Assembly (NCBI GenBank): GCA_043228905.1
Contig: JBHGNT010000001.1
Location: 20,150,001-20,214,000 of the forward strand
DNA: 64,000 bases
DNA from: Azolla caroliniana
Lineage: Eukaryota > Plantae > Polypodiophyta
Direction: 5' to 3'
Every line of letters begins with the position of its first letter. Position 1 is the first letter of the stretch. Of the stretch, positions 9,590 through 22,547 are shown piece by piece. Made by a program: the position numbers and the translations under genes. Under the pieces are notes generated by a model. It searched no databases and was not told where the DNA came from. It saw only the letters and a list, made by a program, of their open reading frames with translations.

Positions 9590-12497
9590 GCGCAAAGCCG
9601 TGAAGAAAGACGCAAGCTCGGGGACCCCTGAGGAGAGTCCGATTTCGTTTCGGTTAAGTGGAACGAATGGACGACTGAGTCGTTTCGACCAGTCCGATGA
9701 AGAGCCGGCGAGTTGTGGAGACTCGGCCGTACATTCCCCACGCAGGAAGCCAAGGAGACGGCTTACGCGCAGAGAGAAAGCGAAGAAAAATGTGTCGCAT
9801 TCCAGCACAGATAGAAACGAGTCAGACCGACGGGAGTCCGACTTCGAGGGAAGCGGTGATGGAAGAGCGAAGTCCGCGTGGGCCGAGAAGACCTCGACAT
9901 CAGCTAATGACTGATTACGCCGATCTACCTACCAGAAGAACCCAGTTATGCGGTTCAGTTACAACCAGTACATGGCGCATCACTATGCGTACATGACCCG
10001 TGTAGCGGAAGTGCGTGAGCTGGAGAGCTACGCAGAAGCGGCTCAAGACGCGAATTGGCGTGCCGCAATGGAGGAAGAGATTCACGTATTAGCAGAAAAC
10101 GAGACCTGGGACCTAGTTGACGCACCGAAGGGTGTGAAGCCGATCAAATGTAGGTGGGTGTACAAGGTCAAGTACAACATTGACAGCTCGGTCAACCGAT
10201 ACAAGGCCCGGTTAGTAGCGAAAGGCTACGCGCAAAAACACGGCATCGACTATGATGAGATGTTTGCGCCAGTCGCGAAGATGACGACCATCCGTGTTTT
10301 GCTCGCGGTAGCCGCGGCCAAGGGGTGGCACTTACATCAGATGGATGTAAAGAATGCGTTCCTGCAAGGTGAGCTTGAAGAACAAGTGTACATGGTACAA
10401 CCCCCTGGATTTCACTCCGAAACGAACACGTCGGCAGTGTGCCGATTGAAGAAGTCCCTTTATGGCCTGAAGCAAGCCCTGCGTGCCTGGAACGCAAAGA
10501 TCACGCATCGACTGCGTCGGATGGGCTTTGCGACGTCAAAATTGGATTCCTCATTGTTCATTCGGAAAGGTCGACTCGGGCCGGTCAGTATTTTACTCTA
10601 TGTTGATGACTTGGTCATCACCGGCGCCGACATAGATGAAATCAACCGTGTGAAGCTCTGGCTTATGACATCGTTCGACATGAAGGATCTGGGGGACCTT
10701 TAGTACTTCCTCGGGATAAAAGTGATCCGCACCCCCCAAGGCATACTGATCAACCAACGTCATTACACGCTCAATATGCTCTTCAAATTCGGGATGGCAA
10801 ACTGTAAGTCCATCTCGACTCCTCTTGATAGAACCGTCAAGCTTCGCCCCAATTCCGGAAAGGTGTGCGACTCGACGAGGTTCCGACAAATTGTCGAAAG
10901 CCTTATTTACTTGACAATCACCCGACCCGATCTCAGTTATCCGGTCGGGGTGATCAGTCAGTTTATGGCACGACCTACCGAGGAGCACCTTTAGTGTGTG
11001 CAACGCGTACTGCGGTACGTAAGCGGCACTAAGGACCGAGGACTGCTATATCGGACCGGTACAACCCCGCAGTTGGTCGGCTACACCGATGCCGACTGGG
11101 CCGGCAACGTCGCCGATCGCCGATCCATGTCCGGATATGCGTTCTCTCTTGGGAATGCCGCGATAGTGTGGAGTAGCAAGAAGCAGCCGACAGTTGCACT
11201 ATCGAGCACCGAAGTTGAGTATAGAGGAGCGGCTATCGCGACATGCGAGGCCATATGGTTGAAGCGGCTACTTAAGGATCTTTAGGTGGAGGTGTCTGAT
11301 CCGACGACGATCTACTGCGACAACCTCAACAACATCCAGCTTGCGAAGAAACCCGTTTTCCACGCACGGACCAAGCACATTGAGGTGCACTACCATTTTG
11401 TCCGTGAGCGTGTCCTTTCTGGTTAAGTTGAACTTCATCGGCAGACCGCTGACATCTTCACCAAGCCTCTTGGACTGGAAAAGTTGCGGAAATTCTCGGG
11501 TGCGTTTGGGCTGTGTCACCTCGACGTGCCGAACTTGAGGCGGAGAGAAGACTGCAACCGCGACGGAAGGGGGATAGAAGACCGCGACACTGAGTTGGAT
11601 GACGAATTCGATTTCGGGTCGGCTGAAGGAGCCGAGGGCGGATCCGTAGAAGAGTCCAAAAGCGGACATAAGGGGAGCATCCGGAAGAAAGAGCCTAAGC
11701 CAACCAAGCATGGGGGAGATGATGCCGTCGAGGGCGAGAAGACCAAAGACGAGTTGGAGACAGCCAACTTGGACGAATGCAAAAACCGATCGGAGGTAGC
11801 CGAGTCGGTTCGAATGTTTGATTCGGATACACTGAATCAACCAAGGGCCAAGCGGAAAAGAAGGCAGCAGGAGAAGCGCCAACACCGCGACAGCAAGGGA
11901 GCTGTGAACAGCCGTACCGACCGGAAGGGTCGAAGCGCGCGGAGTCGAACAGGCCGAGGAGCGCGAGCGAGGCGTGGAGCTAGGAGGAACTGGAGCGGTG
12001 ATCCGGAAGATCCCGAAGAGCCTCAAGTTGAGCTTGAGGGGGAGTGTTGAGAGACAAGCTCAACATCGGCCGGATCGGCTGAGCAAGCCGAGGACCGGAT
12101 CGGTTGGGACTGATCGGTTAGGCCGGATCGGTGCGTAAAACGGATGCGTAAACCGGTACGCAAACCGGTGCGTACGAAGGCCGTATCGGTGCGTAAACCG
12201 AAAGGTCGTTAGAAAGATGTTCCTCGTAAGGAATAGTTTTGGGAGTAAGAGTCAAGGCTCATTTATGAGTAGTCAAGTACTATCAGTACTTGTGTCAGCC
12301 CGATTGTCAGGGCTTGAATAAAACTGCTCACTGAGCACATCCTATGTACAGATTGAGTATTATCTTTTGAATTAAGTTCTGTGTTTACTCTCTCTCTCTG
12401 TCTCTCCCGTGCGTACTGTGCAAACCTAAGCTTTCCATTAAACCTTCGTTTTCTGTTGTTCAATTTTCTATATTGCTTCCGCACGCAATTCTTTTCA
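9590..12497 (+). mobile_element. Ty1/copia family B, 5'-truncated copy B2 (INT-RT linker, RT, RNase H, C-terminal extension, PPT, 3' LTR)
   Basis: YKARLVAKGYAQ, QMDVKNAFLQG, LLYVDDL, GYTDADWAG, WSSKKQPTVALSS; PPT TTGAGGGGGAG before TGTTGA at 12045. Confidence 0.93.
12045..12497 (+). repeat. 3' LTR of copia B2
   Basis: TGTTGA...CTTTTCA; follows the PPT; similar to the reverse complement of the LTRs at 16865 and 22163. Confidence 0.85.
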
Positions 12498-12769
12498 CGA
12501 TATAATATAAAAAGTAGTTTTTATCCACCCAAGGCGACAATACCGCAAAGATTCTCCCTAGTAACCAAAGCTCTTACACATAGAATTTGGGAAAATCCAA
12601 CAGGCAATGTTGTGAGTAAACCATAATAGAGAGCAAATAATACGTAGAGACCTATTGTGTTGATACAAATCAATGACAAAACTTGATAATGGTTGAGGTT
12701 TCCAATTATGGATTACAAGGTTCCAGGTTCAAGTCCGGGTGACGCCATAATGGTCATGTGTTCATGATA
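12498..12769 (-). repeat. Probable fragment of a chromovirus-type LTR carrying a tRNA-like B-box
   Basis: Ends TCATGATA (cf. TGTCATGA terminus of the 61604 LTR) with a B-box at a similar offset; family A pol resumes at 12770. Confidence 0.5.
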
Positions 12770-13496
12770 GCAAGTCCACTACATGCGGCGGTGCACTGTG
12801 TTTTTTTTTAATGGATGGAGCAAGAAGATAAGGTGTACCAAGCATTGAAGGTGATGATGTCACAGGCCCCGGTAGTACCACCACCGGATTGGACGAAAGA
12901 TTTTTACGTGCTCGTGGATGTGTCCGACGTAGCAATAGGAAGTGTGCTCATGCAGCTAACCGAACCTAGGTGGTACTATCCACTATATTACATGAGCCGG
13001 AAACTCTCAAAGGCGGAACAGATTTATTCTACAATGGAGAGAGAAGCCCTCGAAATGATATAAAACGTCACAAAGTACCGCCAGTATTTGTTAAGATTCA
13101 AGTTTTCCTTCCATGTGGACCATTCGGCGTTACTATATTTGGTATCCAAGGCATCCCTAATCGGTAAATTAGCACAGTGGACATTAATATTGCAAGAATT
13201 CGAATTAGAAATATTCCACCGACCGGTGACGGAGAGGCCGGTCACGGAGTCCGGGACGACTTCCCGGATGCGGAGCTATTCAAAGTCACTACGGATACGA
13301 TAGTGGATGACACAGTGGCTAGCGAAGATATATGGCTAACCAACATGCATTAGTTCTTGAGTACTGGATTGCCTCCAGAAGAGCTGAGGTGGGATGAAGG
13401 GAAATGGTTGGCGTTCCAGAGTCGACACTTTTGTGTAATACAGGATACACTCTATCACAAGGGAGCGGATGGAATCTAGCAGCACACGGTAAGGAG
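12770..13496 (+). pseudogene. pol: Family A RT-connection / RNase H segment
   Basis: ASPLHAAVH, PPDWTKDFYVLVDVSDVAIGSVL, YSTMEREAL, FHVDHSALLYL; continues at 55431. Confidence 0.9.
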
Positions 13497-13818
13497 TGTT
13501 GAATACGGGCTTCTAATGGACGTATTCACATTATCTCCTTTTGTACACACTAGTCTTAGGCTTTTTATGTAAATAGTGAGAAGGGCAGTTGCCCTAAGCT
13601 AGCCAGCATATAAACTGACTTTGTAACCTAGTTAGGTGGGGATTGCGTTAAGTTGTAATACACTCTTGACATGGTGCCTAACTGTCTCTCTCTTTTGCGT
13701 ACTAGTTGGTTTCTTTTCTGTCTTCATTGCCATCAAAGCTATGAACTTGCATCCATTTACGATCTTATCCTAGAAGAGTGTTGATCTTGTTCCGCATTAG
13801 ATGATGGTGTACCCAACA
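13497..13818 (+). repeat. 5' LTR of copia C
   Basis: TGTTGAATACGGGC...ACCCAACA, repeated at 55102-55425; followed by the iMet-type PBS TGGTATCAAAG at 13821. Confidence 0.95.
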
Positions 13819-14293
13819 TATGGTATCAAAGTGATGTTTGTTTGATTCCACTGCCACCATCTATCTAACCTCCATCGGCAACTCTTCCCCTGTACACCTT
13901 GAAGATCTCGATTGGCAACTCCTCTTGAAATCACATCTATCGAAGAGAGACAACCCCAATTTGTGTTTCATTCGGCTGAACGACACTCGGGAGGACCAGC
14001 TGGCTCCATCCCTCTCATCATTGTAGTTACCCGAAACAGGATCGGCTTGGAGAATCACACATAATCAGTGTTGAGAAATCTTGGAAAAATCAACATTTGA
14101 AATCGAACAATAAAATCGAGGTTCAATTTGACTAAGACAATTGACTGTAGTCACTCCGAATGGGATTCATCTATATTCAAAACCAACACGACTTGTGTCC
14201 AACTCCACTTAGAACAACATCGAGTGAGCCTAGTTGTTGCACTCCACCACAGTTCGTAGCTGACTCCAGACAAAGTTTATTAAACCAACACAA

Positions 14294-16864
14294 ATGGCAT
14301 CAACATCCGGCTCGTCAGAGATGAGTCTAAAGAAGTTCGACGAATCGAACTTCAACTTCTGGAAGGATCAGATGCAGGACTATTTAGTAGTCAAGAGGCA
14401 AATTGACCCCATTGAGAATGAAGACCCTCTAGAAGGATACAAGCCGCTTGAATTGGAAAAGCTGGACAGAATTGTCTGAGCCACCATTCGGATGCACCTA
14501 TCGGAGTCTGTATACTTCACAGTGCAATCGTGTTCCACTGCCTTCCAACTATGGAAGACACTTTTGGACACTTACGAAAAGAAGGTCACCGCCACCAAGA
14601 TATACCTAATTCGGCACCTTTATAATCTTCGGATGAAAGAGTCTGACTCGATCCAAGTACACCTGAATGAGTACGAAAGCTTAAGCTCCCAAATTTCATC
14701 CCAAGGGAAATATTATCGAGGATGAAGTAAAAGCAATGCTGCTCATGAGTAGTCTCCCTCCTTCGTGGGAAACTTTCATTACAACCGTGTGACAAACATG
14801 TGCAATACGTCGACAACTGCCGTCACATACTCCTCAGTCACGAGTGCAATTTTGACTGAAGCAACCTCGGAGAAAATCTTTTGCTAAGGATTCAGCCAAC
14901 AATGCTTACGTAGTACAAGGTTCGACCGACCGATCAAACAGTCGTGGAAGAAGTTCTTCACAACAGCCGAACAATCAGTGAAATTAGAGAAAGTCTCAGG
15001 ATAATCGAGTTTGCAATTAGTGCAAGAAACCCAAACATATCAAAGCCGATTGCCATGCACTCAAGACCAAAAACGATAAGGCTCAGCGACCTGAGCAGAA
15101 GAGTGGCTAACACGAGATCAACTACGTCGGCTCTACAACCGAAGTATTATCAAATGACCCAAACATACTATCAATTGAGAACCCAATCGAATCAGAAGTT
15201 CTTCTTACGACTGAAGAATCGAGCACATGGCTCTTAGACTCCGGTGCGTCCTTTCATGGGACTCCTCATTGATCCCAATTCCGGCAATACACGGTCTGAC
15301 ATTCCGACTCAGTATGAGTAGGAAATTCGCAACACTGCAACATAATTGGAATCGGCACGGTAGAGCTCAACCTTGCAGGTGGCTCTACATTAGTACTACA
15401 CAATGTCCGACATGTACCTGAGCTCTCAAGTCCACTGATTTCAGTCAGACAATTGGATGAAGAAGACATTCGTGTTGGCTTCTCATCAGGAGGGTGGACG
15501 CTCCACAGAGGGAACCTCCTACTTTCTCGAGGACCAAAGATACACTCATTGTATCCCTTGCACATCACAATCAGAGAGGGTGATCTATTTCTGGTTGACA
15601 TCCTCGTGTCATCACTATGGCATGGACGACTCGGACACCTCAGCAAGGCCGGCGTCACGCACTTATCCAGAGCCGGATACATCCCCAAACTCTCCTTCTT
15701 GGATCATCGATTTTGTGAGCATTGCCAATACGGCAAATAGACAGCCACTGCACACCTATCATCCACCCTGAGAGAATCGAGTCCACTCGATTTGGTCCAC
15801 TCGGATGTCTGTGGTCCCATGCCACACCAATCTCTCAGTAGTGCTTTGTATTTCGTCCGCTTCATTGACGACTCGACTCGGAAGGTGTGGGCTTATCCGA
15901 TCAAAAGGAAACATCGAGTGTTCTCGATCTTCTCCGATTGGCTTGCTATGGTGAAGAATCAATCCGGCCAAAAACTGAAATGCTTTCGGACCGATAACGG
16001 GGGAGAGTTAAAATCAGAGGAATTTGTCAAATTTTGCCAACAACATGGCACCAAACGTGAATTTACGGCACCCCACAGTCCGGAGCAGAATGGAATTGCC
16101 GAGCGAATGAATTGGACAATTCAAAGAAAGGATAGTTTCCATGCTCCAACACTCTGGACTATCGGATGGCTTCTAGGCAGAAGCCCTACTTACGGCAGTA
16201 CACATAAGCAATATGTCGCCGAGCAGGCCTCTAGGACTTCGGATCCCTTAGGAACTACAGACCGGTAGTAAGCCGAATTATGACAAGGTGAGGATTTTCA
16301 GATGCGAGGCGTACACCCTTCATCCCGAAAGATGATTGCCGCAAACTTGCACCAAGGTCCACGAAATGTATTTTCCTCGGTTATAGACTAGATGGTGAAA
16401 TAGGATACCGACTTTGGGACCCCAAGCACACACAAATTGTCCGATGTTTGGACGTCGTTTTCAACGAGTCTGCCATGCATCAATCGGTCGAAAAACTCAT
16501 CAAAGTCCGAAGGGTGATTTTCTCCAATGTGCCAACCCTTCACAAAGGCCCAGCTCACAACACGTGGTCAGGTTCACGAGAAGTTGAACCCTCTAACACC
16601 GACTCGGCAATGTTAGACTCGGCATAGCCAAATGACTTAGATTTGGAACATCCAACCTCGACACACGATGTGACGAGTCTAGTGACACCTCGACGATCCG
16701 AGAGATTGTTGCAACCCCCAGAAACATACTCTCCTGATATCATCTTCCTCACGGACGCCGAAGAACCGACGTCATAGGAAGAAGCTTAGTAGCAGCCGAT
16801 TCGACCACCTAGCATTTGGCAATGGAGTTCGAAATGAACTCCATTCGTGCAAACCACACTTGGG
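14294..16864 (+). pseudogene. gag-pol: Copia C gag-protease-integrase (degenerate)
   Basis: KKFDESNFNFWKDQMQDYL, WLLDSGASFH, LWHGRLGH...CEHCQYGK, VHSDVCGP, RTDNGGE, QNGIAERMN; many stops and frameshifts. Confidence 0.92.
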
Positions 16865-17268
16865 TGTAAAAGAAAAGCGTGTGCGGAAGCGTATGCGAGA
16901 CATAGAGTACACAGTTCTAAAAAAAGCAAAAAACATAGAGATGGAGATGGAGATGGAGAGATAGAGAAGAAGAGTAGACAACTCAGTTATGTTTCAAAAA
17001 TAATGACACTCTGTACATAGGATGTGCTCAGTGAGCACTTTTTATACAAGTCCATACGGACTGACCATAGTACTAACACGTACTTCAATGCTCATAATTG
17101 AGCTCTATACTAACTTCCAAAATATATTCCTACACGGAATATCTTCCCAACGGCCTCACGGTTTACGCACCGCTATGGCTTACGTTATGCGTACTGTTTT
17201 ACGCACCTAGTCTACGCACTAGGTTACACACCGTGTTACGCACCCAACGTTGAGCTTGACACTCAACA
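16865..17268 (-). repeat. 3' LTR of copia B1
   Basis: Direct repeat of 22163-22542; TG...CA termini; PPT adjacent. Confidence 0.93.
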
Positions 17269-17289
17269 CTCCCCCTCAAGCTCAACTTG

Positions 17290-20200
17290 AGGTTCCTTCT
17301 GCTCTTCCGGATCTACGCCTCGGTTCCTTCTAGCTTCACGCCTCGCTCGCGCTCCTCGACCCGTTCGATTCCACGTGCTTCGACCCTTCCGGTCGGCTTG
17401 TCTGCTTGTTCGGCCCTTCTCGACTCCCTTGCTGTCGCGGTGTCGGTGCGTCCTTCGCTGCCCTTCAGTTGATTCGGCATAACCGAATCAAACATTCCGA
17501 TTGAATCGAACACTTCCGATTCAATTTAGCTCTCATCTGAATTGGATGTCTCCAATTCGTCTCCTGTCTTTAGGCCTTTGACTACATCAGACCACGTCTT
17601 GGCCTTTAACCCCTTCTTGGCTATATCTCCCCATGATTTCGCTATCCTTGGCTCTTCCCTATGATTGTGGCCCTTGCTCTCCTCTTCGGCTTCTTTAGCC
17701 GGTCCGAAATTGAATTCTTCATTTGATTCCTCATCACGGTCACTTCTGCCGTGATGAACACCTCCGCGCCTTTCATGCTCTTGTTCTTGTTCGTCTTCCT
17801 TTCTCCCCCTCAAGTTCGGCGTATTGAGGTGACACAACCCAAGCTCACCCGAGAAGTGCCATAACTTGTCGAGACCAAGGGGCTTGGTGAAGATGTGGGC
17901 AAGCTGTCGATCCGTCGGAACATACGCTAGTTCGACTTCACCTGAAAGGACCCACTCGCGGACAAAATGGTAATGCACCTCAATGTGCTTGGTCCGGGCG
18001 TGGAACACAGGGTTTTTCACAAGGTGGATACTGCTGAGGTTGTCACCAAAGATTGTCATCGGATCAGACACCTCTACATGCAGATCCCGTAATAGCCGTT
18101 TGAGCCAAATGACTTCGCACATAGTGACAGTAGCCCCTCGATACTCGGCCTCCATGCTCGACAGTGCTACTGTCGGCTACTTCTTACTACTCCACGCAAT
18201 CGCCGCGCTTCCTAGAGAGAATGCGTATCCGGATGTGGATCTACGATCGTGGGGGTTTCCGGACCAATCGGCATCCGTGTAGCCTACTAACTATTCGACA
18301 ACGCCTGCTCGATATAGCAACACCATGTCTCTCGTGCCGCTGACATATCGCAATATCGACTGTAGGCTACGACATAAATTGATTGATTAAGCCGACGGGG
18401 TAGCTAAGATCTGTCCGAGTAATCGTCAAATAGATGAGGCTTCCGACAATCTATCGAAACCGTGTCAGGTTGCATGCCTTTCCCAAATCTCGGCGAAGCT
18501 TTACGTTTCTATCTAGAGGGGTCAAGATGGGCTTATAGTTTGCCATCCCGAACTTGAAGAGCATATTCAGCATGTAATGACGTTGGCTGATCAATATTAT
18601 GCCTTTGGGGTTGCGGATCACTTCCATCCCGAGGAAGTAATGGAGGTCTCCGAGATCCTTCATTTCATATGATGCCACGAGTTGAGACTTTACGCGATGG
18701 ATTTCGTCCAGGTCGACACCGGCGATGACTAAATCATCAACATATAATAAGAGAATAACCAGTCCATGTTGACCTTGCTGAACAAATAGAGAAGAGTCCG
18801 ATTTCGACATTGTAAAGCCCATCCTACGCAGTTGTTGCGTAATCTTCGCGTTCCAGGCTCGCGGGGCTTGCTTAGGTCCATACAATGACTTCTTCAGTTG
18901 GCAAACTGCTGACATGCTTTGTTCGAATAGAAATCCAGGGGATTGTACCATGTACAACTGTTCCTCAAGATCACCTTGCAGGAACGCGTTCTTTACATCC
19001 ATTTGATGTAAGTGTCACCCCTTTGCCGCAACTACGGCTAGCAAACATGGACGGTGATCATCTTCGCAATAGGCGCAAAGGTCTCATCATAATCGATGTC
19101 GTGTTGCTGCGCATAGCCTTTCGCCACTAAATGGGCCTCATATCGATTCACTGAGCCGTCAGTATTGTATTTCACTTTATACACCCACCGACATCCAATC
19201 GGCTTCACACCCTTTGGTGCGTCAACCAGGTCCCATGTCTCATTCTGTGTTAAAGCGCGCATCTCTTACTCCATTGCGCCACGCCAGTTCGTGTCTTTCG
19301 CCGCTTCTACGTAGCTCTCCGGCTCAGGCACTTCCGCCACTCGCGTCATGTACGCATAATGGTGCACCATGTACTCATTATAACCGTATCTCTTTACGGG
19401 GTTCTTGAGGCGAGTAGATCGGCATAATTTGTGATTACCCGATTTCACGACCTTTTCGGCTACTGTCGACCTCTTGCGTGGAGGTTCCTTTTTAGTTTGC
19501 CCGTGGTCAGACTCTCTCCGATCTGACTCGGCACTGCCGAAGTCGTATTCCAACATTTTCTTCTTGCCCTTCTCTTTACGTGTAAACTGTCTCCTCAATT
19601 CTTTACGCAGGGACATCACAATTGAGTCTCCATTACTCGTCGTCTCTTCAATAGGTTGGCCATTTCGGCCCAACTCCTCATTCGGCCCACTTAGGCGAAA
19701 TGAGATCGGACTCTCTCTCAGAGCTCCGATTTCTTCATCGTGAAGAGGCATTCCGGCCTCGCTGGCTTCTTCCTCAGAATTCGGAATGGAGTCGTGAGGT
19801 GTTGGAGGTGAAGGCAGGTACCACGAAGCGGATTCGTCGAACACAACATCTCGACTTATGCGTACTTCCTTTGTTCCGGGGTTATAACATTTATACCCCT
19901 TCTGCTCGTTTGGATAGCTGACTAAGATGCACTTTTCGGCTTTGGCATCCAACTTCCTCCTCTTTTCCTTCGGCACATGCATGTATGCAATGCTACCGAA
20001 AATCCTCAAGTGTGCCAAGTTCGGCTTCTTCCTGAAATACAATTCATGTGGCGACACTCCTCCATTAGCAGAAGTCCGATTCTGTAGGTAGATAGCCGTT
20101 CTCACGGCTTCAACCCAATAGAATTTCGGCATATGCTTCTGTTCAAGCATTGCCCCGACTGCTTCTTCGATTTTTTGATTCTTCCGCTCGGCCACATCGT

Positions 20201-22078
20201 TCTGCTACGGCATGTATCTACATGAGAATTCGCGTCGAATTCCCTCCTTCTGTATATAACTTGTGAACTGGTCGGAGAAGTACTCCTTCCCGCCATCGGA
20301 CCGTAGGCATTTGATCTTACACCCTATTTCCCTTTCCGCAAGGCTCTTCACCTTCAGGAAACATGCGAAGACTTCGATCTTCTTTGCAATCGTGCATACC
20401 CACATGTGCCGAGTGAAGTCGTCGATGAAGGTTACAAAGTAACAGCTTCCACCGAGACTCACGTTTTGTGCCGGATGCCACACATCCGAATGGATCAAAC
20501 CCAGCGGACTTCGACTACGATTACACTCGTTGGGGAATGGAAGTTGATGTTGTTTTCCCATCTGACAAGCTTTGCAGACTTGGCCATTAGGGCCCCAAAA
20601 TTTCGGCAAGCCAAAGACAATGTTCTTCGTCCGCATCTCACGAAGCCGTGGGAAGTTTACATGGCTGAAACACTTGTGCCATAGGTTGATATCCAATTCG
20701 ACCTTTTATCATTTTGCGTACAACGCAGTGCTGACTTGATTAGTGTCAAGGATAAACATCCTCCCTTCACGACGCCCTTGAGCAATCACTTGGCCTTCAT
20801 CTTCTATGAAGCTGCTGAGACGCATGAATTGAACTTGTATACCTTGGTCGACGATCTATCCGATCGACACAAGGTTCTTGGTTATTGTCGGGATGTGCAA
20901 TACATTCATGAGGGGAACTTCACCGACATGTTCGATGGTATGCGGAGTGTCGTTTCCTATTTCGACCACTCCCTGTGATTCCGGTTTCTCCAAGTATGAG
21001 AACCATTCCTCATGACTCATCATATGATTTGATGCTCCGGAATCAACATACCACACCTCACTTGATTTCGAGGCGTTCACGGCCATAGAATTGGCCTTAT
21101 GCTTCATTACGAAGGCTAGGTCTGATTTGTTTCCGGCTCATTGAGAGACTTCTGCGTAGTGCGATCTCTGACGCGTCTCTACATCTCTTCGGCTTTGTCC
21201 GAATCGGCTCGCTTTTTCCATCACTCGCTCTCCTTGTGGCCTTTCTTGCCATAGTACTATCATTCCGACGTGGCCTTCTCTTGCCGGTTTCCGGCGCCGC
21301 CATGACTCCCCCTGCTTGTGGAGGGTTCGGAACTTCTGTCAGCATTTCGATTATGCCGCTTGTTCTGCTCTTGTCGGCCGCCTCCATTGTGCGCCAATCC
21401 TCCTTCTCAACCATGACCATGGGGCCTATCCTCCTCTATGTACAACATCTTGCCATCGGCGTGCGTACTTGTTGAAGCACCCGTGTAATTTTCCTCCACG
21501 AGCAACATTGACTGAAGCTCAAAGAATGAAGGCGTATTCTCCCTCGTACAGACCGCCGTTCAGAAGGCTCGGAACCTGGAAGCTAGACCACCAAAGAAAA
21601 CCTGCACCATTTCATCTTCCTCAACGTGCACGTTAACGAAGGAGAGAGAGTCAGAGATTTCCTTGATTCGAGACATGTAATCAACCACAGACAGATCTTT
21701 CTGTCGAACATTGCTGAGCTCCTACCTGAGCTGCAGCTTCCTGGCCTTTGTGCTGGCGGCAAAATTCTTTTTGAGATTCGCCCACGCAGCCTTTGGCATC
21801 TTAGCATCCCGAATATAGCTCAATAGCTGGTTGCTCACATAGGATGCAAAGTAGGAGAGAACTTTGCTTGCCGCTTGTTCCCAAGCCGGAAATTCTCTAT
21901 GTGTCGAATCAGGTGCTACATCATTAGCTCCTTCGACATAACTCCAGTAGCCATGGCCAAGTAGGTACTGGTGCATCTTGTACGACCAAGACACGTAGTT
22001 GCTCCTGTCGAGCTTCTTGGTCGGTAGCGAAATTCCCATACCTCTGTCCATATTGCTATCTTTTTCTTTTCCGAACAA
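17290..22078 (-). pseudogene. gag-pol: Copia B1 gag-pol with stops and frameshifts, plus C-terminal extension
   Basis: KLDRSNYVSWSYKMHQYL, WYVDSGASNHM, IHSDVW, LRSDGGKEY, MDVKNAFLQG, LLYVDDL, HARTKHIEVHYHFVRE. Confidence 0.93.
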
Positions 22079-22150
22079 AAACGAAGAACAACTTCAACTC
22101 TGGTGTGTCGGAAGCTTTTCTTGTCGGCTGTAGAGGACTTCAACCCTCAC

Positions 22151-22162
22151 GCTCTGATACCA
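22151..22162 (-). promoter_or_regulatory. PBS tRNA-iMet (B1), directly abutting the LTR
   Basis: Minus strand TGGTATCAGAGC immediately after ...TTTACA. Confidence 0.92.
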
Positions 22163-22542
22163 TGTAAAAGAATTGTTTATGTGAGACACAGAGTACACAA
22201 TTCTGAAAACAGCAAAAAACACAGAGATGGAGATGGAGATGGAGAGCCAAAGAAAGAGAGCAGACAACTCAGTTATGTTTCAAAAATAATGACACTCTGT
22301 ACATAGGATGTGCTCAGTGAGCACTTTTTATAGAAGTCCATATAGATTGACAGAAGTACTGACACGTACTTCAAAGCTCATAACTAAGCTCTACACTAAC
22401 TCCCAAAATATATTCCTACACGGAATTTCTTCCCAACGGCCTCACGGTTTACACACCGCTATGGCTTATGTTATGCGTACTGTTTTACGTACCCAGTCTA
22501 CGTACCGTGTTACGCACCCAACGTTGAGCTTGACACTCAACA
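22163..22542 (-). repeat. 5' LTR of copia B1
   Basis: Direct repeat of 16865-17268. Confidence 0.93.
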
Positions 22543-22547
22543 TTGGG

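Larger units (their letters stand above)
16865..22542 (-). mobile_element. Ty1/copia family B, full-length degenerate copy B1
   Basis: LTRs 16865-17268 and 22163-22542, TSD TTGGG (16860-16864, 22543-22547), PBS 22151-22162, PPT 17269-17280. Confidence 0.96.

Noticed and set aside
11268-12026. 252-aa hydrophobic antisense ORF (possible env or membrane protein)
   Set aside because: Expected mirror of a purine-rich sense frame; not preserved as one ORF in B1.
12120-12200. Short repeats as a possible CRISPR array
   Set aside because: Degenerate 12-bp tandem units without spacers, no cas genes, eukaryotic TE context.
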